DNA of 64,000 nucleotides from an uncultured Desulfosarcina sp. (lineage in GTDB: Bacteria > Desulfobacterota > Desulfobacteria > Desulfobacterales > Desulfosarcinaceae): assembly GCA_963674945.2 (NCBI GenBank), contig CAXXWQ010000004.1, positions 1,696,001 to 1,760,000 of the forward strand. Reading direction: 5' to 3'. Position 1 is the stretch's first letter. The number at the start of each line of letters is the position of its first letter. Shown in pieces: positions 62,441 to 64,000 of the stretch. The position numbers and the translations under genes are program-made. The notes under the pieces are model-generated. The model was not told the DNA's origin and searched no databases. It saw only the letters and a program-made list of their open reading frames with translations.

Positions 62441-63949
62441 ATGAATCGACGCCTATACGCCCCCGTCGTTATTATGATCGGTCTGGCCAGCGCCCAGATC
62501 GTCGGTACCGCCCACGTCTACCTGTCCAACCTGGAGCTGTTGCAAACGACCGAAGCGATCATGCGATCCGGCTATCTGCCGATACCCAATCACCATGTGA
62601 CGATGCAGTTGAACCGGATCGCGACAGCAATGGCCGGCGGTATCTTTTTTACCCTGAGCATCGGCACCGGACTATCGCTGGCCATGCTGATCGCCATATG
62701 GTTGTGGGACCGGGTAAGCAGGCGCAACCGGATGGTGACGATCCCATTCTTTCTCCTGTGGGCCGCCGGGATCTGGATCATCAACGACAATGGATGGAAT
62801 CCGATGGCGACCGCCTATGTGGTGGTCGTGCCGGCAATCACCGGCATTGCCGCCATACGGCTCCTGCCGGAACGCACCACACTTGTCTCCCCCATCAGCA
62901 TAGTGGTCTGGCCCATCACCACCGCCCTTGTTTTGGCACTGTTGTGGGGGCTGGTATTTGACCGCCACATGTTTATCCATATTCGCGATCATCTGCTCCT
63001 ATCCAACCGGATCGGCCGGGCCATCACCGAGGCATACTACCGGTACACCCTTTACCCGGCCGAAGCGTTCAAATCCCTTTCACAAAAACAGTTGCGAACC
63101 TGCTTTCTGGGCGAAGGTCTCGACCCTGAAAAACGGCATCGCATGGAACGGTCCGTCCGCACCCGCGACTATCTCCCCCTTCCAGCCGGTGAAACCGTTG
63201 ATCTGACGATCGACGTGGATGGAGAAAACGAAAATATTTATCTGTCGCACCAGGGCCGGACCGTATTGACCTTCACCGAGAAACAATGGTTCGCGAATCC
63301 CTCCGGTGCCCTTGCGTCCTATTCGCGACACCAGGATAAAAATCAAATCTTTCGCAGGCTGACCCTGGGGGGCCTGTTGATCGGCTTTCCCCTGGTCCTG
63401 TTCACCCTCGTTTACAGCACGGTGGTCTCGCTGCCCAACCTGTTTTTACCGGAAGCCACCTCGGACATCATTGCTGCAATCCTGTGCCTGGGTATCGGCG
63501 TGATGCTCCTCGTCCCCGTCTATAAGGGCCATACCAATACGTTTTTACCGGATACCCTGCCCCATGCCCTCACCGCACCTTCGACCGGAACCCGCGTCGC
63601 CGCCTTGCGACAGGCGTATGACGAAAGGCAGGATATCGCGTTGGCGGCCAAGGCCCATGAAATCGAAAGGAGCCCTTTCGTCGCCGAACGCTATTGGCTG
63701 GCAAGAAGCCTTGCCTACGCCAGGGCGCCGGAAGCGCGGGCCATGTTGGGCACCCTCGCCGATGATCCCGTCCCCCTCGTGGTCTGTCAGGCCATGTGGG
63801 CCATGGGAGAGCGCAAAGACCGGAAAATGGTGCCGATCATCATGCAGCGGATCAAATCTTCCCCCCACTGGTATATACAAATGTACGGTTATCGGGCCCT
63901 AAGGAGACTTGGATGGGTACAACCCAGATCACGACAACTTTCCTACTGA
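62441..63949 (+). CDS. Membrane protein with C-terminal HEAT repeats
   Basis: Multiple TM segments; ERYWLARSLA...LADDPVPLVVCQAMWAMG HEAT-like repeats. Confidence 0.75.
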   Translation: MNRRLYAPVVIMIGLASAQIVGTAHVYLSNLELLQTTEAIMRSGYLPIPNHHVTMQLNRIATAMAGGIFFTLSIGTGLSLAMLIAIWLWDRVSRRNRMVTIPFFLLWAAGIWIINDNGWNPMATAYVVVVPAITGIAAIRLLPERTTLVSPISIVVWPITTALVLALLWGLVFDRHMFIHIRDHLLLSNRIGRAITEAYYRYTLYPAEAFKSLSQKQLRTCFLGEGLDPEKRHRMERSVRTRDYLPLPAGETVDLTIDVDGENENIYLSHQGRTVLTFTEKQWFANPSGALASYSRHQDKNQIFRRLTLGGLLIGFPLVLFTLVYSTVVSLPNLFLPEATSDIIAAILCLGIGVMLLVPVYKGHTNTFLPDTLPHALTAPSTGTRVAALRQAYDERQDIALAAKAHEIERSPFVAERYWLARSLAYARAPEARAMLGTLADDPVPLVVCQAMWAMGERKDRKMVPIIMQRIKSSPHWYIQMYGYRALRRLGWVQPRSRQLSY

Positions 63950-64000
63950 CATCGCTGTCCGGTGTGGTCTTTCTTGAACTCATGGGCGGCTATCTGGCCA

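Overview
Bacterial chromosome window; gene content and protein style suggest an anaerobic deltaproteobacterium of the Desulfobacterales/Desulfosarcina type (inference). It begins with the conserved tRNA-Leu-tig-clpP-clpX-lon block, an amidase and tRNA-Pro(TGG). A ~9.8 kb integrated element (5537-15329) sits in the 3' half of tRNA-Pro. It is bounded by a 45-bp att repeat and has paired integrase arm-type repeats. It looks like a minimal phage satellite. Its core (minus strand) is a P4-type integrase, an unknown ORF, AlpA, a small winged-helix initiator with iteron-like palindromes, an HNH nuclease, a cos-like site and a prohead-protease/major-capsid fusion. No terminase, portal, primase/helicase or tail genes are visible. 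The capsid gene is followed by an array of six hairpins with recurring loop motifs (candidate structured RNA). AT-rich cargo on the opposite strand (hicBA, lipoprotein, membrane/coiled-coil protein, Abi-alpha-like protein) is partitioned by a 55-bp direct repeat. The rest is accessory and housekeeping DNA: TA pair, radical SAM, MCP, transporters, manC, cinA, a decayed hybrid kinase, leuB-like gene, acyl-CoA ligase, alr, a free-standing archaeal-type ThrRS editing domain, a MacAB-TolC-type pump, an LpoB lipoprotein cluster, glpD, pgk, radC, gpsA and gyrA. No CRISPR array or rRNA was seen. All family calls come from motif recognition by eye, not database searches.
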